A DNA stretch of 64,000 nt from a virus. Lineage: Duplodnaviria > Caudoviricetes. Positions 1 to 7,995 of this stretch are shown here, one piece after another. The notes beneath the pieces are model-generated. The model had not been told where the DNA came from and did no database searches. It saw only the letters and a list, made by a program, of their open reading frames with translations. The DNA lies in the IMG/VR virus record IMGVR_UViG_3300032007_000036, positions 67,443 through 131,442 of that record; one strand, given 5' to 3'. A program made the position numbers and the translations under genes. Position 1 is the stretch's first letter. Each line of letters starts with the position of its first letter.

Positions 1-207
1 CCTCCCAAGAGACTTTCAGTCGAAGAAGTTCTCAGACTTCCTGACGGACCCGAGAAGAAACAACTCGAGTCTCAGTTCACTGTCGCTGAGAAGATGGAAG
101 CTGCTAAAGTCAGGTACAAGATACAGAGAGAACAGATGCGTGATATGCGCAATAAGGGATTTTCTCTTGATAACCCAATCGTTGGAGTTAATGCTCCGGC
201 GATGTGA
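1..207 (+). CDS. 3' end of a hypothetical protein running in from the window edge
   Basis: Frame 1 is open from base 1 (PPKRLSVEEVLRLPDGPEKK...GVNAPAM) to TGA at 205-207, with phage-like codon usage. Confidence 0.7.
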   Translation, partial: PPKRLSVEEVLRLPDGPEKKQLESQFTVAEKMEAAKVRYKIQREQMRDMRNKGFSLDNPIVGVNAPAM

Positions 208-240
208 GTACAATGTTATAAACTACATCGTAGCACTTGG

Positions 241-510
241 TTATGACCAGTTGGGATTTGGACGGGTCTGTAGCTTGAGTGGTTAGGTCAACGCGTTTAA
301 TCGTAAATTCACGCTAAGTGCGAGAGTCTCACGATTCACGAGAACCGTCATGCTTTCTCAGTCTCTATCTGAGATGGCATCCTGGTCTCGATAGAGCGCA
401 AGCGACTGTCCTGGTAGACTCTCGTGAACATGTTCGTGTGCGCACCTAGTGTGACACATGGCCTTACCAACCACTACATTACAGGCAACCCGTCCTCCTA
501 CTGTTGGTTA
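241..510 (+). ncRNA. Candidate structured non-coding RNA (long rod with central bubble)
   Basis: Nested complementary segments: 260-267/488-495, 268-272/480-484, 278-284/469-475, 285-290/459-464, 309-322/441-454, 335-343/420-428, 356-361/369-374. G-U pairs favour the + strand. No ORF >=60 aa in the track. Confidence 0.65.
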
Positions 511-552
511 CAACTTAAACAAATCTGGTGATAACTTTAGGAGCTGCGAATC

Positions 553-1161
553 ATGTATGACCCTGATATTCATGATCACAACTACCGACCGATAAATGAC
601 TCAGCGATGCAGCAGCAATGCGATATGCCGCAGGTCACGATCTACTCGGACGGAAGTTATAAGCCGCAGATCAACTTTGGTGGTTATGGCACTCTCATGG
701 AGTGCAATGGACACAGAGCTTTACTCTACGGCGGATCTCCATCGGACTCCAACAACAGAATGGAAATTACAGGAGTGTTGGCTGGACTTCGATTGCTGAA
801 CAGACCATGTGTTGTCACTGTTATCTCCGACTCGAGGTACGTTGTTGATGCCATCAACGGCTACATCTGGTCATGGGTGTCGAACGACTGGATGACTTCT
901 CAGAAGAAGCCAGTCGCCAACCGCGACCTTTGGGAAGAGATGCTGCAGTACATACAGATCCACAGGATCCATGGTGTATGGATCAAGGGCCATACTGGTC
1001 ATCCGGAAAATGAACGTTGTGATAGGCTTGCAACAATGGGCGCTTATCACTCGGCCAGTTTGCCGGTACCCGCTAGTAAGCAGTTACTGTACGACCTGTC
1101 GAAAGGAAAGTTTCCAGGTTCTGAGGATGACGACACGATTGAAAGTTACGATCTTCCCTAA
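553..1161 (+). CDS. rnhA: Ribonuclease HI
   Basis: YSDGS, NNRMEITGVL, SDSRYVV and WIKGHTGHPENERCDRLA match the RNase HI catalytic motifs; AGGAG SD at ~539. Confidence 0.95.
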   Translation: MYDPDIHDHNYRPINDSAMQQQCDMPQVTIYSDGSYKPQINFGGYGTLMECNGHRALLYGGSPSDSNNRMEITGVLAGLRLLNRPCVVTVISDSRYVVDAINGYIWSWVSNDWMTSQKKPVANRDLWEEMLQYIQIHRIHGVWIKGHTGHPENERCDRLATMGAYHSASLPVPASKQLLYDLSKGKFPGSEDDDTIESYDLP

Positions 1162-1166
1162 CAGCA

Positions 1167-1206
1167 CTCTAGGCTCCCGGCGGTTCTTACCGTCAGGAGT
1201 CTAGAG
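1167..1206 (+). terminator. Hairpin directly after rnhA
   Basis: CTCTAGGCTCC/GGAGTCTAGAG plus GGCGGT/ACCGTC stems; only a weak U-tract. Confidence 0.5.
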
Positions 1207-1401
1207 CTAACTGTTATCTTGGGTGGGTCTGGGGTACAGTACAGAGTATCTCAAATTTGAGATGACTGAGAGCAGTTCACGCAAGTAATGTGTGATGATT
1301 TTTGGGATTTAGAACTTGATCAAAAAAGAAACACTCTTTGAATTTAGCAAAAAAGAAAGGACCGCGTTAGCGATCCAGTCTCCGTAACCGGATTTCTCCG
1401 G

Positions 1402-1833
1402 TTACTTCTCGACGACCTTGACCAGGTCGTTCTCGAGCAGCTTCCTGATCTGGTCGATGTCAAGAGTGCAGTCGATCCCACAGAAGGTACGGAAGAGCGT
1501 GATCGTCGTCTCGTACTTGTTCGAGAGAGCGTCCACGTTCGTGACCTCCAGGATCTCACCGATGTTCACCGTGTCAGCGCTAGCACGCTTGTCCGGATCG
1601 ACATCACCAGAAGGAAGGTTGAAGTCGCCGATCACCTCGAGCTTGTCACCCTTGTGGGCAACGAAGCAACGAGCGATATCACGCTTCCTGTACGCATCGT
1701 GCTCATCCTTACGAGACTCCTTCTCGGCAATTTCCTTGTCGATAAGAGCACGGAAGTGATGCAGATCATCTGCGATCGACTTCATCGTGTCGTTGAAGGC
1801 AGCGAGGCGGTTTTCGAGTACTGTCAGGTTCAT
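1402..1833 (-). CDS. Hypothetical protein (N-terminal coiled coil)
   Basis: 143 aa ORF, AAGGAG SD, strong phage codon bias. Confidence 0.8.
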   Translation of the reverse strand: MNLTVLENRLAAFNDTMKSIADDLHHFRALIDKEIAEKESRKDEHDAYRKRDIARCFVAHKGDKLEVIGDFNLPSGDVDPDKRASADTVNIGEILEVTNVDALSNKYETTITLFRTFCGIDCTLDIDQIRKLLENDLVKVVEK

Positions 1834-1975
1834 TTCTTATTTCTCCTTGTTTGGTTGTTTGTGGAAAGGGTTGCAGACAGTAAAGCGTTATGTGAGTCGC
1901 TAGCTCACTTGCTCTCCACGGGCTTCCTGCTTCTGCCTGCATGATTGTAATTAGTACATGAAAAAAGAAGAACTA

Positions 1976-2009
1976 CACCAGGTGGAGGGATCAATCCCTC
2001 CACCTGGTG
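1976..2009 (-). terminator. Intrinsic terminator
   Basis: CACCAGGTGGAGGGAT/ATCCCTCCACCTGGTG stem followed on the minus strand by TTCTTTTTT. Confidence 0.8.
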
Positions 2010-2027
2010 AGTATGTTCCAGTCGATC

Positions 2028-3977
2028 TTAACGACGGCTGTTGAGCAGACGACTCATCTCACGATCCTGGATATCGCCAATCTTGAACCAGCGATCAGGT
2101 TCGTTGTGAGTGTTGAGCCAGCTACCCTCGGTGCCACGCTCCATGTCGGTGTGTGCAACCCAAACGCGATAGTACGCACCGTTCTTCATCTTGACGATGG
2201 AGAATGTGTAGTCCTCGAATGCAATCATGCGCTCGATGGTGTCCGTACCGGTCAGCTCGTACTCATCGCCGCCAGCGCACTTCTTTAGCATGTTGACGAC
2301 ATGGAGGATAGACGGATTCGGAGTGCCGAACAGCATGTTCATGTATTCGCTCTGGGTATGCTCTTCCGAGCATTTCTTCGTGTTCGGCTCTTCGCCGATC
2401 GGCTTCATGTTCGTCTGCGGCACAGCGACTTCCGTCTTGATCTCATCGAACCACTCGGTGGGCATGATTCCCTTGTTGTTCACGACCATCTCCTGCGTGA
2501 TCTTGCGGTTGGCCTTGAACTTCTTGCCGGGGGCCTGAGGGAACTCAGCCTCATCACCCTCGTTGTAGATGACGATTTCTTCCATGATGTTTCCTTTCGT
2601 TAGAGATTCCTGGATTGGGCTGTCCTTCTCTTTGACCTCCATCAGGAGATCGAACAGAGTTCCGTTCTTGGTAGCCTCAGCGACCTCGACGTCAGTGAGA
2701 TCCTTGGTGAGGCAGACGAACTCCTTACCAGGATATTCATCAAGAGTGACGAGTTCGCCCTTCTTGATAACGACGACAGGTTCCTTGACCTCAGCCTGAT
2801 GATCAATGTCTGCCACAACAGAGGCAGGCTTCTCAGCATCAGGCTCAGCATCGCTCATCTCGAAGGCTTCTTCCTTGAACGCTTCTGCGATTTCGCTCGC
2901 CGGTGCGTCAAAGGAATCGTTCCAGAGATCGTAGTCGACGATGTAGATCTTCTCAGGATTGACGAAGTTCTTGAACTCGATGTCCGTGAACTCGTGAAGC
3001 ACTGCCGCCTCCTCACCGTCCTTCTCAGGAACCGAGAGAATCCGGACAACGCCTTCATCGCTGATATCGAACTTGACCCTAGTGGACATGAGGAGAACAC
3101 GCTCGTTCTGAACTTCCTTAGCAGCCGGAGTGTCTGGCTTCTGTTTCTCAACAGGATTTTCCTGAGTGGTGTTCTCAGCACGCTGCACACGTTCGAACTT
3201 CTCGAGGAATGTATCGAGCATGCTCTCAGTGGAGCACTCGAACACATCGTCGATAGCGACGTACGTTGCGGCAGAAGCAACCTTGTTCTCAGGATCCTTG
3301 AAAGACCAGACATCGACCTTCTGACCTTCCTCATCTTCCACGAAGATGGTGGCATCACCGTCCTTGGAGATCGTCGTGACGATATCACCCTTGTGGAAGA
3401 CGAGGTTCTTTGGAGGCTCATTCTCTTGCTGCTCCTCGGCAGGAGCGTCTCCAGGCTCAGGCATAGGCGGCTGTTCCTGGTTGATCGGCTTAAGATCTTC
3501 CTCCTTCACAGGTTTCGGAAGATCCTCCTCTATGCACATGTCCTGAATGAGACGAAACACGGGAACGTTCTTACCGTCCTTGAGCTCATTGGCGATCGTG
3601 CCAACAAGACGAGTCCAGCGCTTCAGGTTCTTCTGGTCTGTGACGACGAAGACGAAGTTGATAACCGTTCCTTTGCCTTCAGGGATAGGTTCCCTGATGA
3701 CCTTGAACTGAGCCCATGAGGGATCAGGTCCGATGTCGAACGAGATCACCTCCCCCGTGAACTTGTTGGAGATGACGTTCGACGAGAACTCCTTGAGCTT
3801 GCCCATCAGTGTGGCATGCCGCTGGAGGCTCTTCATAACCTCGCTTGTGTCCACCCGCTCACCCAAACCGAGAATACGACGGAAGACGACGATAGGGCTC
3901 ATCGACTTGACCGTGGACTTGTCCTTGGCGAGTGCGTCCAGGAAGACGCTAGTGAAGGTACTGTTGATGTTATTCAT
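2028..3977 (-). CDS. Acidic multi-domain hypothetical protein, translationally coupled to the DNA polymerase gene
   Basis: 649 aa, E/P-rich linkers; start overlaps the polymerase stop region (3970-3977). Confidence 0.85.
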   Translation of the reverse strand: MNNINSTFTSVFLDALAKDKSTVKSMSPIVVFRRILGLGERVDTSEVMKSLQRHATLMGKLKEFSSNVISNKFTGEVISFDIGPDPSWAQFKVIREPIPEGKGTVINFVFVVTDQKNLKRWTRLVGTIANELKDGKNVPVFRLIQDMCIEEDLPKPVKEEDLKPINQEQPPMPEPGDAPAEEQQENEPPKNLVFHKGDIVTTISKDGDATIFVEDEEGQKVDVWSFKDPENKVASAATYVAIDDVFECSTESMLDTFLEKFERVQRAENTTQENPVEKQKPDTPAAKEVQNERVLLMSTRVKFDISDEGVVRILSVPEKDGEEAAVLHEFTDIEFKNFVNPEKIYIVDYDLWNDSFDAPASEIAEAFKEEAFEMSDAEPDAEKPASVVADIDHQAEVKEPVVVIKKGELVTLDEYPGKEFVCLTKDLTDVEVAEATKNGTLFDLLMEVKEKDSPIQESLTKGNIMEEIVIYNEGDEAEFPQAPGKKFKANRKITQEMVVNNKGIMPTEWFDEIKTEVAVPQTNMKPIGEEPNTKKCSEEHTQSEYMNMLFGTPNPSILHVVNMLKKCAGGDEYELTGTDTIERMIAFEDYTFSIVKMKNGAYYRVWVAHTDMERGTEGSWLNTHNEPDRWFKIGDIQDREMSRLLNSRR

Positions 3978-6114
3978 CTTGTTGTTTCCTTGTTGTGTTT
4001 ACCAAACGTGAGAGGATCCGGTGATCACCGTACACCTCGTTGAAGAGAAGTTTTGCGTTATCGTCATCGACGAACCCACAAGTTACACCGAGTTGCTGAA
4101 GGATTAGCCTAATCGGTCTCGTGTTTTCGTGAACGATGTCACGCACCATTACGAGAGGCATCAGTTCCTTGGGAATGACTGCCACCGTAGGAGCCAGAGC
4201 AATCTTGCTTGGCGGTTTCTTGTTCGCTAGGATAAATCCTTCGAACAGCTTTGCTACTTTAGGACTCGATTTCCTCAGGTCATCGAAATACTCCCTAGTC
4301 GGCTCTGCTATAGGAACAACGACGCACTTGGTAGGGATCTGGATATCGCCATACTTCCATGCAAAGATTTCCTGCCATGCGTAGTAGTAATAGTACGGAC
4401 TAGACATGGGTTTAGCATAACCGTCTTTAGATTTGATCGACTGTGGCTGACACCACGTGATACTGCCCTTAACAACTTCGCTGTAGATCTTGAGTTCCCA
4501 CTCCATTGCTTTCTTGATGAGCTCGTGACCAGAGATCTTCTGGTTGAGCGAACCCAGCAGAATGTCCTGTACAATGAAGTTCTCACCGTACTGAGTTGCT
4601 GCCTTACAGATATCAGAACCCTTGAGCTGAACACCTTTTATGTCGGTGGATGGATTAGGCAGGATAACTCCTTCCTGCACAGTAATAACACCAGCGTAGG
4701 TTTTCTTGATATCTGCGAGACACATGGTCGGATAGAGGAACTCGTTCTTCATCGCCATGTCTTTAACTCGATCTCCCTTAGCTCCGTGGCAGATGCTGTA
4801 CAGCTTGAGAACATGGGCAACAGCCAGAGTTATCCAGTAGATCATGAGACAGGCGATGTGGTAAGTGCCGGGAGAGATCTTGTAGATGTCTCCGGTGTAC
4901 CACTGAACCCAATCCTTGACAGTGAAGATAACCGAGTCTGTGTCGGAAATAACCGAGGAGTTGCGTTGCATGAACTTACGGTTGAGAACATCCGGGACAC
5001 AGAGATCTGTGAAGATGAACGTGTCGAAGATGTCTTCCATTTTCTTCAGCTCACTCTCCACATGTCTGGCGATGTTGACGAACTTGACCGCTTTGTCAGG
5101 CATGTGTTTAGGCAGATCGTACACCTGGATCTCAGGATCTCCAGAACCCACAACGTCGTTGAATGCAACGTTGACCATGGTTACAAGAGCACCGTCGAGT
5201 TTGAACAAGTCATCTGCAACAACTCCATGTTCATCCTTGACAGAGCTCAGATCGAACATAGCCTCTGCCCACGGACGGAAGATGCCGTCGTTGCCCATGA
5301 TGATGTGCCGTAGATTCTGGTAGTACCAGAAGAATTGCACTTCCTCATCGGTCAGATGGCTTACTAGGTCGTCGACCCTTGAAAGTTCCTGTTCTTTATA
5401 CCTGTGATAAATACACAACATGTCCTTGAAGAACTTGGAAAGCTCAGCCTTGCTGACGAATCTCATACCGTGATTCTGCAGACAGTTAAGAACTTTCTCA
5501 GGATCGATGCTACCTTGCAGGTGTATAGTCACATGGTTGATAAGCTGATCCAGAGAGAACCAGCCGAAGTTTCCTCCGAGAACATGCTCGATACAGGTAT
5601 TGGCATAACCGATCAAAGCTCGACCAGCACTGGTGATGCTATTGTAGTTAGCCTTGTCATAGAAGATCGAATAAGAAGAGCCGTAATTCCCAGGCAGGGA
5701 GTTGACGCCGATTTTGATAACAGTCTGCAAGTAGTAGCAGATCAGCTGGTTGACAGTGTCGCCGATTGCTTTGTATTTGAGCATGTCTTTCTTGAACTTC
5801 TTCCTGAGCTTCAGTCGGTTCAAGATCATTTGAATCGTCTTACCAGTCTTCTTATCGTGTTGGCAGTAGAAACTGCCGTTGGGAGACAGGATGTCATCCG
5901 CATGTTTGTCAAGGTAAGTTACTAAGTCAACAGCTTTGAGCTGAGGTAGTCCCTCTGTAAGAGTATCCACCACCACAGCCGTCATCGGGCTGTAGCGGTC
6001 TTTACAGGCCAGACGGAATCGCCGATCTGCCTCCTCTTCAGAGAAACCAAACTTCCGTTGCAAATGGGTGACCATCGTGTCCCTGTACGTTTGTAATATC
6101 CTAGGACGTGACAT
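3970..6114 (-). CDS. Family B DNA polymerase, catalytic subunit of the split phiKZ-type enzyme (phiKZ gp50-like)
   Basis: LSPNG, motif B KIGVNSLPG, ITSAGR, motif C ISDTDS, KKTYAG, IKGVQL; no exonuclease domain or motif A visible. Confidence 0.9.
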   Translation of the reverse strand: MSRPRILQTYRDTMVTHLQRKFGFSEEEADRRFRLACKDRYSPMTAVVVDTLTEGLPQLKAVDLVTYLDKHADDILSPNGSFYCQHDKKTGKTIQMILNRLKLRKKFKKDMLKYKAIGDTVNQLICYYLQTVIKIGVNSLPGNYGSSYSIFYDKANYNSITSAGRALIGYANTCIEHVLGGNFGWFSLDQLINHVTIHLQGSIDPEKVLNCLQNHGMRFVSKAELSKFFKDMLCIYHRYKEQELSRVDDLVSHLTDEEVQFFWYYQNLRHIIMGNDGIFRPWAEAMFDLSSVKDEHGVVADDLFKLDGALVTMVNVAFNDVVGSGDPEIQVYDLPKHMPDKAVKFVNIARHVESELKKMEDIFDTFIFTDLCVPDVLNRKFMQRNSSVISDTDSVIFTVKDWVQWYTGDIYKISPGTYHIACLMIYWITLAVAHVLKLYSICHGAKGDRVKDMAMKNEFLYPTMCLADIKKTYAGVITVQEGVILPNPSTDIKGVQLKGSDICKAATQYGENFIVQDILLGSLNQKISGHELIKKAMEWELKIYSEVVKGSITWCQPQSIKSKDGYAKPMSSPYYYYYAWQEIFAWKYGDIQIPTKCVVVPIAEPTREYFDDLRKSSPKVAKLFEGFILANKKPPSKIALAPTVAVIPKELMPLVMVRDIVHENTRPIRLILQQLGVTCGFVDDDNAKLLFNEVYGDHRILSRLVNTTRKQQDE

Positions 6115-6226
6115 GGTTCAGTTTCCTTGTTTATAGTCTAGGTGACCAATTTAGTAATTTATATACGTTCAGGTATTGGGAATTGCAATTTTATGAATTG
6201 TTTCATCCTAAAAATAAGGAGTTCAA

Positions 6227-6874
6227 ATGCTTATTCCTACAAAAGTCCTTCGCGACGAGAAGCAGACGGACAACAAAGTGAAACCCGATGACCAGATGTC
6301 GGCAGCAGCCATTTTCAAGGCACGTTGCTCAGTTGTCACTGGTATTGTGCGTTCTCTCGTACTTTACCTGTACCAGAACAATATCGATTCCGATACCGTC
6401 GAGAACAAGATAACAACAGTTATCAACGCTTTTGCCTCCACCAAGGAGATTCAGTCCAACGATCTCACCTGGCTGCGCAACTGCTACGTTCCATCGCTTG
6501 CCTCCATGCGGTGTGCGATTGACTCGGAGTGCCCGTACGTCTCCATCTCGAATCAGGCTTACCTCTACTGGTACACGATCGTAGGTAACACCCTCGATGA
6601 TACGTCTGCGTTCGAGTACATGTACGAGTCGGAGAACAACGGCCCGAAGCTCAACGACAACGAGAAGTCTATTGTGTCGTCCTACCGTGAGGCTCAGAAA
6701 GCCTACTACGAGGCTCGTCGTAAGTTTGAGGATTATTTCCGCAAAGTTACTATCACGGCTCTCCGTGAAGTCCTTCTCCGTCACGGAACAATGTTCCAGC
6801 AGGTTGCTCCCGATTGGTACAAGTACGTTTCCAAGAGCGCAGGCTGCGATGCAGGTGAAGAGTCGGAGGGATAA
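6227..6874 (+). CDS. Hypothetical protein
   Basis: 215 aa, AGGAG SD, ATTTTATG motif at 6188-6195. Confidence 0.8.
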   Translation: MLIPTKVLRDEKQTDNKVKPDDQMSAAAIFKARCSVVTGIVRSLVLYLYQNNIDSDTVENKITTVINAFASTKEIQSNDLTWLRNCYVPSLASMRCAIDSECPYVSISNQAYLYWYTIVGNTLDDTSAFEYMYESENNGPKLNDNEKSIVSSYREAQKAYYEARRKFEDYFRKVTITALREVLLRHGTMFQQVAPDWYKYVSKSAGCDAGEESEG

Positions 6875-7081
6875 ATGCAAACTCAGGCATCCGCAACAAA
6901 GCAGATCGATAGCCGTCTTGATGAGTTAGAACGTCAGGACATAACGATTCAGCATGAAGTTTCGATGCTGCGAATGCATGTCACCCAGAACATAATCAAT
7001 GTCGTCCCTGTCAGAACTGGCATACGAGCAGCGATGAATCTGGCGACATCTAAAACGTTACAACTTGTCCCTATGAAATGA
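6875..7081 (+). CDS. Small hypothetical protein
   Basis: 68 aa, abuts the upstream stop, GGAGG upstream. Confidence 0.6.
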   Translation: MQTQASATKQIDSRLDELERQDITIQHEVSMLRMHVTQNIINVVPVRTGIRAAMNLATSKTLQLVPMK

Positions 7082-7103
7082 CAACCTTCAAGGAGGTTCT
7101 TTC

Positions 7104-7883
7104 ATGGACAAAGAAGCGAAACAGAAGTTTGCAGAGCAGTTCAACATCGTGAAGTTGGTTACCTCGTCGATATTTGCGAGGAAACAGAAGTTCTTGATCT
7201 TGAACGGCAACAAGCCCGATACGTTCTACTACACGAACATTCCTCATGAGAGGATGGCATTGTATCGGGCTGCCCCAGACGATGTCATAAGCAAAGTGAC
7301 TGTTAAGTCACCTGATGTGATGAATGCTCTCTACGATGCATTTCCGACGTTGAAGTCGGTTATAGCTGAAGTAGATGTTCAGGATTTGAGTACGAATCTG
7401 AACAAAGCCAAAAAAGAATACGGCGATTCGTTTCCTCCGATTGACATTGGCAAACTTAATGAAAACAGTTTGTCGATGAATGTTGGTGGAGTGGATAAAC
7501 CGATAGGAAGACTGTTACCTGAACACGGTCCAGTGTACTATGAAGAAGTCCTGGACAACTTCAACAGATTCAGCGACAATGTTGTCAAGCGTCAGTTTAA
7601 AGCATCAGAGCAGATTGGTGATGACAAACTTGTTCTGGAGATAGTTGATCTTGAGATGGGCGACGGATCGAAGTGTGAGTTCGGTATTCCGGTTAAGGAT
7701 GGAGTAGCGATGGTGTCTACGAAGGAATATGTCAACAAGCGGAATTTGGAGCCTGTGTACGACATCCTTCTTCGTGTGAATCCAGAGACAAGAACATCCA
7801 GGTCGGCGATATTGTATTCGGATGATTGGCTTGACTCAATGACAATTATGCCAGGATTACTCTGGTTCATGACAAAAATGTGA
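7104..7883 (+). CDS. Hypothetical protein
   Basis: 259 aa, AAGGAGG SD. Confidence 0.8.
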   Translation: MDKEAKQKFAEQFNIVKLVTSSIFARKQKFLILNGNKPDTFYYTNIPHERMALYRAAPDDVISKVTVKSPDVMNALYDAFPTLKSVIAEVDVQDLSTNLNKAKKEYGDSFPPIDIGKLNENSLSMNVGGVDKPIGRLLPEHGPVYYEEVLDNFNRFSDNVVKRQFKASEQIGDDKLVLEIVDLEMGDGSKCEFGIPVKDGVAMVSTKEYVNKRNLEPVYDILLRVNPETRTSRSAILYSDDWLDSMTIMPGLLWFMTKM

Positions 7884-7895
7884 CGTTTCTTGGTA

Positions 7896-7928
7896 GGAGA
7901 GAGGTGCCAGTTTGTGGCACCTCTCTCC
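7896..7928 (+). terminator. Intrinsic terminator
   Basis: GGAGAGAGGTGCCA/TGGCACCTCTCTCC stem followed by a T-tract. Confidence 0.8.
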
Positions 7929-7995
7929 CAACTTTTTATTTATTTGATACTACCTACCATAATACGTTTATCGCATTAAAACATAGGAGATAATC

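Noticed and set aside
241-510. tmRNA, RNase P or group I intron
   Set aside because: No tRNA-like ends, no GAGGAAAGUCC core, no recognisable intron core, and the flanking ORFs are complete at this junction
241-1161. Retron (ncRNA plus RNase H) interpretation
   Set aside because: No reverse transcriptase in the window, and RNase HI is a normal phiKZ-like gene; the upstream gene is truncated, so this cannot be fully excluded
2028-3977. Possible chimallin (nuclear shell protein), given its size and position near the polymerase
   Set aside because: Low-complexity acidic linkers and no chimallin features that I recognise; size alone is not evidence
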